A stretch of 64,000 nucleotides of DNA from an uncultured Flavobacteriaceae bacterium (GTDB lineage: Bacteria > Bacteroidota > Bacteroidia > Flavobacteriales > Flavobacteriaceae): positions 365-64,364 of the forward strand of contig CAMZLD010000056.1 in the NCBI GenBank assembly GCA_947311635.1, written 5' to 3'. A program made the translations under genes and the position numbers. This document shows, one piece after another, positions 56,652 through 64,000 of the stretch (within the stretch, counting starts at the first letter, position 1; every line of letters begins with the position of its first letter). The notes under the pieces are model-generated. The model searched no databases and had not been told where the DNA came from. It saw only the letters and a program-made list of their open reading frames with translations.

Positions 56652-58502
56652 TTATTCTACTGTAACGGCTTTTGCTAAATTACGAGGTTGATCTACGTTT
56701 TTATCTAACATCAATGCAATGTGGTATGATAATAATTGTAAGGGTATGGTTGTTAATAACGGTGTAAAAGCCTCTTCTGTGTCTGGAATTTCAATTACAT
56801 GATCTGCAATGGCTTTAACCGTTACATCACCTTCGGTTACAATGGCAATAATTTTACCAGCTCTTGATTTTATTTCTTGAATATTACTAACCACCTTTTC
56901 ATAATGACCTTTGTTAGTTGCAATTACAAAAATAGGCATATTTTCATCTATTAAAGCTATAGGCCCGTGCTTCATTTCTGCTGCAGGATAGCCTTCTGCA
57001 TGAATATACGAAATCTCTTTTAATTTTAATGCGCCCTCTAATGCTACAGGAAAATTAAATCCTCTTCCTAAATACAAACAGTTTTTAGAATCTTTATAAA
57101 CAGAGGCAATGTGCTTTACTTGAGCATCTATTTTTAAAAGCTTTTCTACTTTTGAAGGGATTAATTGCATTGTATGAAGGTACGCGCGAAAATCGGATGT
57201 AGATAAAGAGCCGTTTTCTTTTCCTAATTTTAAAGCAATTAAAGAAAGTACCGTAATTTGTGTTGTAAAAGCTTTGGTAGATGCTACGCCAATTTCTGGA
57301 CCAGCGTGTGTATAAGCGCCTGCATCTGTTTCTCTTGCAATAGAAGATCCAACCACATTACAAACGCCAAAGACAAATGCTCCTTTTGATTTTGCTAATT
57401 TAATAGCTGCTAATGTATCTGCTGTTTCTCCAGATTGAGATATTGCAATGACAATATCGTTTTCTGTTATGATAGGATTTCTATATCTAAACTCTGAAGC
57501 GTATTCTACCTCTACTGGTATTCTTGCTAAATCTTCAAACAAATATTCTCCAACTAAACCTGCATGCCATGAGGTACCACAAGCAACAATAATAATTCTT
57601 TTTGCATTTAAAAAACGGTCTATATTATCATCTATACCTGCCATTTTAATTAAGCCTTCGTCTGGTAACATTCTACCTCTGTAAGTGTCAATAATAGCTT
57701 TTGGCTGTTCGTGAATTTCTTTTAACATAAAGTGGTCATAACCACCTTTTTCTATTTGCTCAAGACTTAAAGTTAATTCTTGAATATCATGTTTAACTAA
57801 AGAGTCACTTTTTATTTTTCGAATACGAATATCTCTATTGAGCTTTATCACCGCCATTTCTTCATCTTCTAAATAAATGGCATTTTTTGTATATTCAATA
57901 AAAGGTGATGCATCTGAAGCAATAAAGAATTCTGAATTATCTTTGCCTATTCCAATTGCAATTGGGCTTCCTAATCTTGCTACAACTAATTCGTTTGGTT
58001 TTTCTACATCAAAAACAGCAATGGCATAAGCACCAACAACGTTTGTTAAAGCTAATTGTACTGCTTTTCCTAATTTTACGTTGTGTTTCTTTTTAATCTC
58101 TTCTATAAGATTCACCAATACTTCCGTGTCGGTATCGCTCTGAAAAACGTAACCTCTTGAAATTAATTCTTTTTTTAAAGTATCATAATTTTCTATAATA
58201 CCATTATGAACTATTGTAATTTTACCAGATTGTGATGTGTGTGGATGTGAGTTAATATCATTAGGAACTCCATGTGTTGCCCAACGTGTGTGACCAAACC
58301 CAATATTTCCTTTTGTAGATTTGTTTTCTAAAATTTTCTCTAGGTCGGCTACCTTTCCTTTTGTTTTAGAAACGTTTAACTTTTTTCCGTCAAATAAAAA
58401 AATACCTGCGCTATCATAGCCTCTGTATTCTAAGCGCTGCAGTCCTTTAATAATGATTGGTTTTGCTTCTCTAAAACCAATATAGCCTGTTATTCCACAC
58501 AT
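56652..58502 (-). CDS. glmS: glutamine--fructose-6-phosphate aminotransferase
   Basis: N-terminal nucleophile MCGI.GY, two SIS domains and a C-terminal ...RNLAKAVTVE. Confidence 0.97.
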   Translation of the reverse strand: MCGITGYIGFREAKPIIIKGLQRLEYRGYDSAGIFLFDGKKLNVSKTKGKVADLEKILENKSTKGNIGFGHTRWATHGVPNDINSHPHTSQSGKITIVHNGIIENYDTLKKELISRGYVFQSDTDTEVLVNLIEEIKKKHNVKLGKAVQLALTNVVGAYAIAVFDVEKPNELVVARLGSPIAIGIGKDNSEFFIASDASPFIEYTKNAIYLEDEEMAVIKLNRDIRIRKIKSDSLVKHDIQELTLSLEQIEKGGYDHFMLKEIHEQPKAIIDTYRGRMLPDEGLIKMAGIDDNIDRFLNAKRIIIVACGTSWHAGLVGEYLFEDLARIPVEVEYASEFRYRNPIITENDIVIAISQSGETADTLAAIKLAKSKGAFVFGVCNVVGSSIARETDAGAYTHAGPEIGVASTKAFTTQITVLSLIALKLGKENGSLSTSDFRAYLHTMQLIPSKVEKLLKIDAQVKHIASVYKDSKNCLYLGRGFNFPVALEGALKLKEISYIHAEGYPAAEMKHGPIALIDENMPIFVIATNKGHYEKVVSNIQEIKSRAGKIIAIVTEGDVTVKAIADHVIEIPDTEEAFTPLLTTIPLQLLSYHIALMLDKNVDQPRNLAKAVTVE

Positions 58503-58515
58503 TTTTTAAATTATT

Positions 58516-60081
58516 TTAGTTCAATTCTGAATAGAAAATTTCTAATTTTATTCTTTCGGGTTCTGTAATTGGTAAATTCCCTTTCAAAACAACACCTTTT
58601 GGATTCCAGTTTCGGTTTTTAATAAGTGTGTCTATTGGAGAAATAGGGTTGTCTGTTGGGTTATACACTTTTAATCCTAATTTAGGCACAGTACCTGTAA
58701 AGTCGCTTTTTAATACATCCGAAATAAAATCTGTTATCGTAAATTTATAATAATTTAAAGTGTTTCCATCTTCATCTTGTGCCAACGCACCACCAATTGT
58801 TCCTTCAGAAAGCACATCTTTTATTTGAGAATTAGTATCATAATTATACAAATAAAGTCTTTCTGGACTTATTAAATTTGGACTGTTTTGATCTTTATAA
58901 ATATAAATATTTGCTTCATTAATAAGCCAGTTATTAGATTGTAATTGTGCTAAATTATCATTTTTAAACAATTCTATAACTGCATTTGACCCTACGGCTC
59001 CTTGCACAAATAATTTGTCTTCACCAGCAATCATGTTTGGGCTTAAAATATAAGGCGCTATTAAAGATCCTGAGTAATCTCTATTTATGGCATTATTTAC
59101 TATACTTCCGAATAAAAAATCAAAAGATTTTGGTGTCTTGATAATGACGCCTGTTTCTCCTGTTGTGCCATCAAAATCTAAATCTTCGCCCGAAGCTTCA
59201 TCAACTATATTTTCTTCACTGTAATAAATTGTCATTTTTGCTGCAGCAAGATTTAGTGATAACAACGATGAAAAATCATTTCCGTTTGGTGTTGCCTTGA
59301 TAAAAAGTCCTCTAAAATATTGTTTAAAATCATCGTTTGTTGAAAGTTCTGAACCTGTTGCAGAGGTAATAAATTTTGAATAAATTAAATTTTTGTCTAG
59401 CGGTATTTTAATTGATGGTGATACCTGCACTGATTTAACGGTGTCTGTATCATAAACAACAGCTGGCGTTACTAAATTGTATTTTCTAGAAATATATGCA
59501 ACGGTGTCTTGATTGTTAGGTTTAAAGGTTCCTGAGTAAAGTAAACTTCCTGTATTATACACTTTATCGGTGTAATATTCGTTTAAAAGTGTTGGGTTTA
59601 AAGGGTCTAAGGTGGTTAAATACGTGCCTAACTCAAAAACTTCTAATTTAAAAGGTACGCTTTGGTCTCCTATTATTGAATCTAAATCAAATTTTGGTGA
59701 TCCATTGGCATAATCATCTACATTTCTGGTTGCTTGATAAGGAATGTCTATCAAGACAGAATCTATTGTTGGGTTTATTCCAAAATCAACGGCTTCTATA
59801 GAAGGAAGGTTTAACTGGGTAATGACACTACTTTCTATTTTTCCAAAATTGGTGTCTTTATAAACGCCTAATATGTATTGTCCTAATCTTTCGGCTCTTT
59901 GGCTTAAAATATTTTCATTATAGGCTACAATTTCAGAGGTGTAACTGTTTGTGTTGAAATTGTTATTATCTACTAAGTTTACGCCTACATTTTCAATGTC
60001 TTTTTCGCAAGAGCTTAAACTTAATAGTGTAATAATGGTAAGTAGTAAATACTTACTTAGCTTCATAACATTTGTTGTCAT
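58516..60081 (-). CDS. DUF4270 family lipoprotein
   Basis: 521 aa with lipobox LSSC. It occupies the conserved Bacteroidota position between the short glycogen-synthase-like gene and glmS. An alternative start is at 60066. Confidence 0.6.
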   Translation of the reverse strand: MTTNVMKLSKYLLLTIITLLSLSSCEKDIENVGVNLVDNNNFNTNSYTSEIVAYNENILSQRAERLGQYILGVYKDTNFGKIESSVITQLNLPSIEAVDFGINPTIDSVLIDIPYQATRNVDDYANGSPKFDLDSIIGDQSVPFKLEVFELGTYLTTLDPLNPTLLNEYYTDKVYNTGSLLYSGTFKPNNQDTVAYISRKYNLVTPAVVYDTDTVKSVQVSPSIKIPLDKNLIYSKFITSATGSELSTNDDFKQYFRGLFIKATPNGNDFSSLLSLNLAAAKMTIYYSEENIVDEASGEDLDFDGTTGETGVIIKTPKSFDFLFGSIVNNAINRDYSGSLIAPYILSPNMIAGEDKLFVQGAVGSNAVIELFKNDNLAQLQSNNWLINEANIYIYKDQNSPNLISPERLYLYNYDTNSQIKDVLSEGTIGGALAQDEDGNTLNYYKFTITDFISDVLKSDFTGTVPKLGLKVYNPTDNPISPIDTLIKNRNWNPKGVVLKGNLPITEPERIKLEIFYSELN

Positions 60082-60104
60082 AAAAAAGTTTTCTTTTAAT
60101 TAAT

Positions 60105-60908
60105 CTAAATTTGTGTTGTGTAAAACTCAATATATTCATCAGAAAATTCTTCTAAATTTTTATAAGCAAAACTAGGCTTGTCTTGAGTTTTAAGGAAATC
60201 TTCTAATTCTTTTGGTAGCTTTTCACTGCCAATCATAAAGGCATCTGAATTTGCTACTGCACTTTTTAAAAGATTGATATAGTTAGGTGATTTGAGTTGT
60301 TCTATTTTTGATTCGGCAATATTATCGTATTTAATCTTTTCAATAATTTTTTTATTTAAAGATCCTTCAAAACCATTTTCATAAACAGATGTTACTATCT
60401 TACTGTTTGTAAATAAAGGGTCATCTCCATAATATTCTTTCAAATACAACGGAAGCAATGAAGCCAACCAGCCATGTACGTGAATAATATCTGGCGACCA
60501 ATTTAATTTTTTTACAGTTTCTACTACGCCTTTAGCAAAAAAGATGGCTCTTTCATCATTATCGTCAAACAATTTATCATCTTCGTCTGTAAAAATTGCC
60601 TTTCTTTTAAAATATTCGTCATTATCAATAAAGTATACTTGCATTCTTTCCTTCGGAATGGAAGCAACTTTAATAATCAAAGGCATATCCATGTCGTTAA
60701 TTATTAAATTCATTCCAGAAAGACGAATTACTTCGTGTAATTGATGTCTTCGTTCATTAATGACACCAAATCGAGGCATAAATATACGTGTTTGCCCTCC
60801 GTTTTTATGTACTTTTTTTGCCAATTCGAATGCTGTTGTTCCTATTTCGGTTTCTGGTAAATACGGCACAACTTCCGAAGAAACAAATAATACTCTCTTA
60901 TCTTTCAT
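60105..60908 (-). CDS. short glycogen/starch-synthase-like protein (N-terminal GT5 half only)
   Basis: 267 aa with a KRVLFVSSEVVPY... N-terminus like GlgA. The length covers only one Rossmann-like half, and the C-terminal nucleotide-sugar-binding domain is missing. Confidence 0.7.
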   Translation of the reverse strand: MKDKRVLFVSSEVVPYLPETEIGTTAFELAKKVHKNGGQTRIFMPRFGVINERRHQLHEVIRLSGMNLIINDMDMPLIIKVASIPKERMQVYFIDNDEYFKRKAIFTDEDDKLFDDNDERAIFFAKGVVETVKKLNWSPDIIHVHGWLASLLPLYLKEYYGDDPLFTNSKIVTSVYENGFEGSLNKKIIEKIKYDNIAESKIEQLKSPNYINLLKSAVANSDAFMIGSEKLPKELEDFLKTQDKPSFAYKNLEEFSDEYIEFYTTQI

Positions 60909-61047
60909 GTGATCTCTTTATCTTTAAAGGAAGCAAAATGCTAACTTTACAAGTATTCATTAGAATGCAAAAATACAAAAATTTATGCAGATTTTAATGT
61001 AAAAGAAGTAAGTTTGCATGCTTTTAACAGTAATTAACAGTATTGAT

Positions 61048-61887
61048 ATGCTCGTTTTCGAAAAAACAAAATTACTTCAAGAAAAAATTGCAGCGATTAA
61101 AGGAATTAAAAAAATAGGTTTTATACCTACTATGGGGGCTTTGCATAAAGGTCATCTATCATTAATTCAAGAAGCAAAAAAAAACAATTCAATTATTGTT
61201 GTTAGTATTTTTGTAAATCCAACTCAATTTGACAATAAAGAAGATTTAAGCAACTATCCTAAAACTTTAGAAAATGATCTTAAATTATTAAGATCTGTTG
61301 GTTGCGATATTGCTTTTACGCCTTCTGCAAAAGAAATATATCCTACAAAAATTGTGTCTCAGCATTTTCATTTTGATGGTCTTGAAAACGAAATGGAAGG
61401 CAAGCACAGAAAAGGTCATTTTGATGGTGTTGGCACTATTGTAAAAAGGCTTTTTGAAATTGTAAAGCCAGACAATGCTTATTTTGGAGAGAAAGATTTT
61501 CAGCAATTACAAATCATAAAGAAACTGGTTTTAAAAAACCGCATTCCTGTTCAGATAGTTGGCTGTAAGATTTTTAGAGAAAAAGATGGCTTGGCTATGA
61601 GTTCTAGAAATACAAGACTTACAAAAAAACACAGGCTTGCTGCTCCTTTTATATACCAAACACTTCAAAAAGCAAAAGAGAAATTTAAAACAGAAAGTAT
61701 TTCAAAAATTAACTTTTGGGTTGCCCAGCAATTTAAAGAACATGCTTTATTAGAATTAGAATATTTTACCATAGCTGACGAAAAAACACTTAAAGAAAGC
61801 TTTCGTAAAAGAAAACAAAAAAATTATCGTGCTTTTATCGTTGTTTTTGCAGGTAAAATACGACTGATTGATAATATTGAATTATAG
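61048..61887 (+). CDS. panC: pantoate--beta-alanine ligase
   Basis: GFIPTMGALHKGHLSL...VSIFVNPTQF...FGEKDFQQ signatures. Start at MLVFEKT (61048); the track begins at 61018. Confidence 0.93.
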   Translation: MLVFEKTKLLQEKIAAIKGIKKIGFIPTMGALHKGHLSLIQEAKKNNSIIVVSIFVNPTQFDNKEDLSNYPKTLENDLKLLRSVGCDIAFTPSAKEIYPTKIVSQHFHFDGLENEMEGKHRKGHFDGVGTIVKRLFEIVKPDNAYFGEKDFQQLQIIKKLVLKNRIPVQIVGCKIFREKDGLAMSSRNTRLTKKHRLAAPFIYQTLQKAKEKFKTESISKINFWVAQQFKEHALLELEYFTIADEKTLKESFRKRKQKNYRAFIVVFAGKIRLIDNIEL

Positions 61888-61924
61888 TGCTTTTCATTAA
61901 CAAAAAAATAAGTAAATTTATCGC

Positions 61925-62275
61925 ATGCTTGTAACTGTAGTAAAATCAAAAATCCATAGAGTCAAAGTAACTGGCGCCGAACTTAATTATATTGGCAGCA
62001 TCACTATTGATGAAAATTTAATGGATGCCGCAAACATTATCCAAGGAGAACGTGTTCAGATTGTAAACAATAACAATGGAGAGCGGCTAGAAACATATGC
62101 TATTCCTGGACCTAGAAATAGTGGCGAAATAACTTTAAATGGCGCTGCTGCTAGAAAAGTTTCGAAAGGTGATGTGCTTATTTTAATAACTTACGGCATC
62201 ATGCCTATTGAAGAAGCTAAAAACTTTAAACCTTCTCTTGTTTTTCCAAATGAAGACAACAACCTTTTAGAATAA
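61925..62275 (+). CDS. panD: aspartate 1-decarboxylase
   Basis: [29 protein letters not shown], with the self-processing Gly-Ser site; 116 aa. Confidence 0.95.
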   Translation: MLVTVVKSKIHRVKVTGAELNYIGSITIDENLMDAANIIQGERVQIVNNNNGERLETYAIPGPRNSGEITLNGAAARKVSKGDVLILITYGIMPIEEAKNFKPSLVFPNEDNNLLE

Positions 62276-62276
62276 T

Positions 62277-63245
62277 TTGTTAAAAAAATACCGTAAAATA
62301 TTCTTTATCTTACTTCCAATTGCATTGGGAGTTTTTTTAATATGGTATTCGCTCTCAAAATTAACTTCAGAAGATATTTTCACCATAAAAAACGCTTTTA
62401 AAACAGCTAATTACTGGTGGATTGCACTATCTTTATGCTGCGGAATTTTAAGCCATATCTCTAGAGCTTACCGCTGGCATTTTATGCTAGAACCTTTGGG
62501 TTACAAGCCTCGATTTGGAAACACCATCATGGCGGTTTTAGTAGCATATATTGTAAACCTTGCGTTTCCTAGAGCAGGTGATGTAGCAAGAGCTACAACC
62601 ATTTCTAAATATGAAAACATTCCTTTTGAAAAAGCTTTTGGAACCATCGTAGCAGAACGCGTAGCAGATGTAGCCATGTTGCTATTGGTAATTGCCATAG
62701 CATTGCTTGTACAATTTGGGTTTTTAAAATCCTTCTTACTTACCAAATTACCTACTAATCCAACTAGAAGCGGACTCATAATACTAAGTTTTGTCTTCAT
62801 TTTTTACATAATTATTAAACGTCTTAAAAAGTCTACAAACGCCTTTGCAATCAAAATAAAAACATTTTTAAAAGGTCTATTTGAAGGTGTTAAAAGTATT
62901 TTTACAATGCAAAAAAAATGGGCGTTTATTTTTCACACCTTATTTATTTGGGTCATGTACATCCTCATGTTTTACTTTGCGGCTTTTGCAATACCAGATA
63001 CTGCTTTTTTACCATTAGGCGCTTTACTTACAGGTTTTATTGTAGGCGCATTAAGTATTGCGGCAACAAATGGCGGGTTGGGTACGTATCCTGTTGGTGT
63101 TCAGCAAGTACTTATGCTTTACGGTATTAGTAGTGTCTCTGCCCTTGCATTTGGTTGGATTATGTGGACGGCACAAACAATAATGATTGTTGTATTTGGA
63201 GGTCTTTCCTTTTTCTTACTTCCAATTTATAACAAAGAAAAATAG
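62277..63245 (+). CDS. UPF0104 / lysylphosphatidylglycerol-synthase-TM-region family membrane protein
   Basis: 322 aa with eight TM helices and the ...ISRAYRW.....LGY....... N-terminal pattern. TTG start 1 nt after the panD stop. Confidence 0.7.
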   Translation: MLKKYRKIFFILLPIALGVFLIWYSLSKLTSEDIFTIKNAFKTANYWWIALSLCCGILSHISRAYRWHFMLEPLGYKPRFGNTIMAVLVAYIVNLAFPRAGDVARATTISKYENIPFEKAFGTIVAERVADVAMLLLVIAIALLVQFGFLKSFLLTKLPTNPTRSGLIILSFVFIFYIIIKRLKKSTNAFAIKIKTFLKGLFEGVKSIFTMQKKWAFIFHTLFIWVMYILMFYFAAFAIPDTAFLPLGALLTGFIVGALSIAATNGGLGTYPVGVQQVLMLYGISSVSALAFGWIMWTAQTIMIVVFGGLSFFLLPIYNKEK

Positions 63246-63260
63246 TTATACCTTTATCAA

Positions 63261-64000
63261 ATGGCAAAAGTAAAAACCACTTTTTTCTGTCAGCAATGTG
63301 GCACACAATATGCTCAATGGCAAGGGCAATGTAATGCGTGTAAAGAATGGAACACAATTAGTGAAGAAATTATAGAAAAGAAAGAAATTACCTCTTGGAA
63401 TATTTCTTCTAAAAAAACCAGTGCCTCAAAATCCCAAAAAATTTCTGAAATAGCCATTAAAACTGAAGATAGAATTTCTACCAACAACCAAGAATTTGAT
63501 AGAGTTTTAGGCGGCGGAATTGTTAAGGGTTCTGTTATTTTGTTAGGCGGAGAACCTGGCATTGGAAAATCAACATTACTACTTCAAATTGCTCTTTTAT
63601 TAGAAAAAAAAGTACTCTATGTGTCTGGAGAAGAAAGTGCATCGCAAATAAAAATGCGCGCAGATCGCTTACATAAAGACCATAGTAATTGTTATGTATT
63701 AACAGAAACCAAAACGCAAAATATTTTTAAAAATATTGAAACTATTAAACCAGACATTGTTGTAATAGACTCTATACAAACATTACATACTGACTTTATA
63801 GAAGCAAGCGCTGGTAGTGTTTCTCAAATAAAGCAAACCACATCAGAACTTACAAAATTTGCTAAAGAAACCGCCATTCCGGTTTTGATTATTGGTCATA
63901 TTACTAAAGATGGTCATATTGCAGGACCAAAAATATTAGAACATATGGTAGATGTGGTCTTACAATTTGAAGGCGACAGAAATCATGTCTATAGAATTTT
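63261..64000 (+). CDS. radA: DNA repair protein RadA (5' part; runs off the window)
   Basis: Own translation from the ATG at 63261: MAKVKTTFFCQQCGTQYAQWQGQCNACKEWNT (zinc ribbon), then Walker A LLGGEPGIGKSTLLLQ. Confidence 0.93.
   Translation, partial: MAKVKTTFFCQQCGTQYAQWQGQCNACKEWNTISEEIIEKKEITSWNISSKKTSASKSQKISEIAIKTEDRISTNNQEFDRVLGGGIVKGSVILLGGEPGIGKSTLLLQIALLLEKKVLYVSGEESASQIKMRADRLHKDHSNCYVLTETKTQNIFKNIETIKPDIVVIDSIQTLHTDFIEASAGSVSQIKQTTSELTKFAKETAIPVLIIGHITKDGHIAGPKILEHMVDVVLQFEGDRNHVYRI

Noticed and set aside
58503-58515. glmS ribozyme or riboswitch upstream of glmS
   Set aside because: Only 13 nt separate glmS from the preceding co-directional gene, which leaves no room for the ~170-nt ribozyme.
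63160-63562. Minus-strand ORFs 63160-63357 and 63314-63562
   Set aside because: They overlap the end of the UPF0104 gene and the clearly recognisable radA N-terminus on the + strand. They are antisense artefacts.

Overview
AT-rich (about one-third GC by eye) chromosomal segment that looks like Flavobacteriaceae (Bacteroidota). Supporting signs are gldD-gldE gliding genes, an IPExxxVDY protein, the glycogen-synthase-like/DUF4270/glmS trio, TAnnTTTG-type -7 boxes and many lipoprotein signal peptides. I call about 65 protein-coding genes, nearly all housekeeping: ctaA, gldDE, ssb, mutY, HU, rng, uvrC, lspA/dksA-like/ileS, pyk, rnc-fabF-acpP, purN, rnhA, thiL, pepP, sdhCAB, an S46 peptidase, glmS, panCD and radA. 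There is also a suf Fe-S operon (sufA-B-C-D-S) interrupted by three non-suf genes. I saw no rRNA, tRNA, CRISPR array, transposase or integrase. Unusual content: (1) the octamer TTCCGAAG/CTTCGGAA occurs 26 times, against roughly one expected from base composition, in five different reading-frame contexts. This DNA-level signal resembles an uptake sequence or a biased-repair footprint more than any gene feature, and is my top finding. (2) A tightly packed four-gene lipoprotein operon: a TSP3/LVIVD propeller, a seven-repeat SBBP-like propeller, an MbnP-like protein and a di-haem MbnH-like peroxidase. (3) A ~3.3 kb very AT-rich islet between ileS and pyk with an XRE regulator and a DUF262/DUF1524 (GmrSD-type) nuclease, surrounded by gene debris. 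(4) A Cys-rich metallothionein-like lipoprotein beside a YHS-domain protein. (5) An overlapping rimK + AstE/AspA-like deacylase pair. (6) A 30-codon bS22-like gene missing from the ORF track. All functional calls rest on motifs recognised by eye and on memory of protein families. No searches or computations were run, so I cannot confirm that any of these is truly undescribed.
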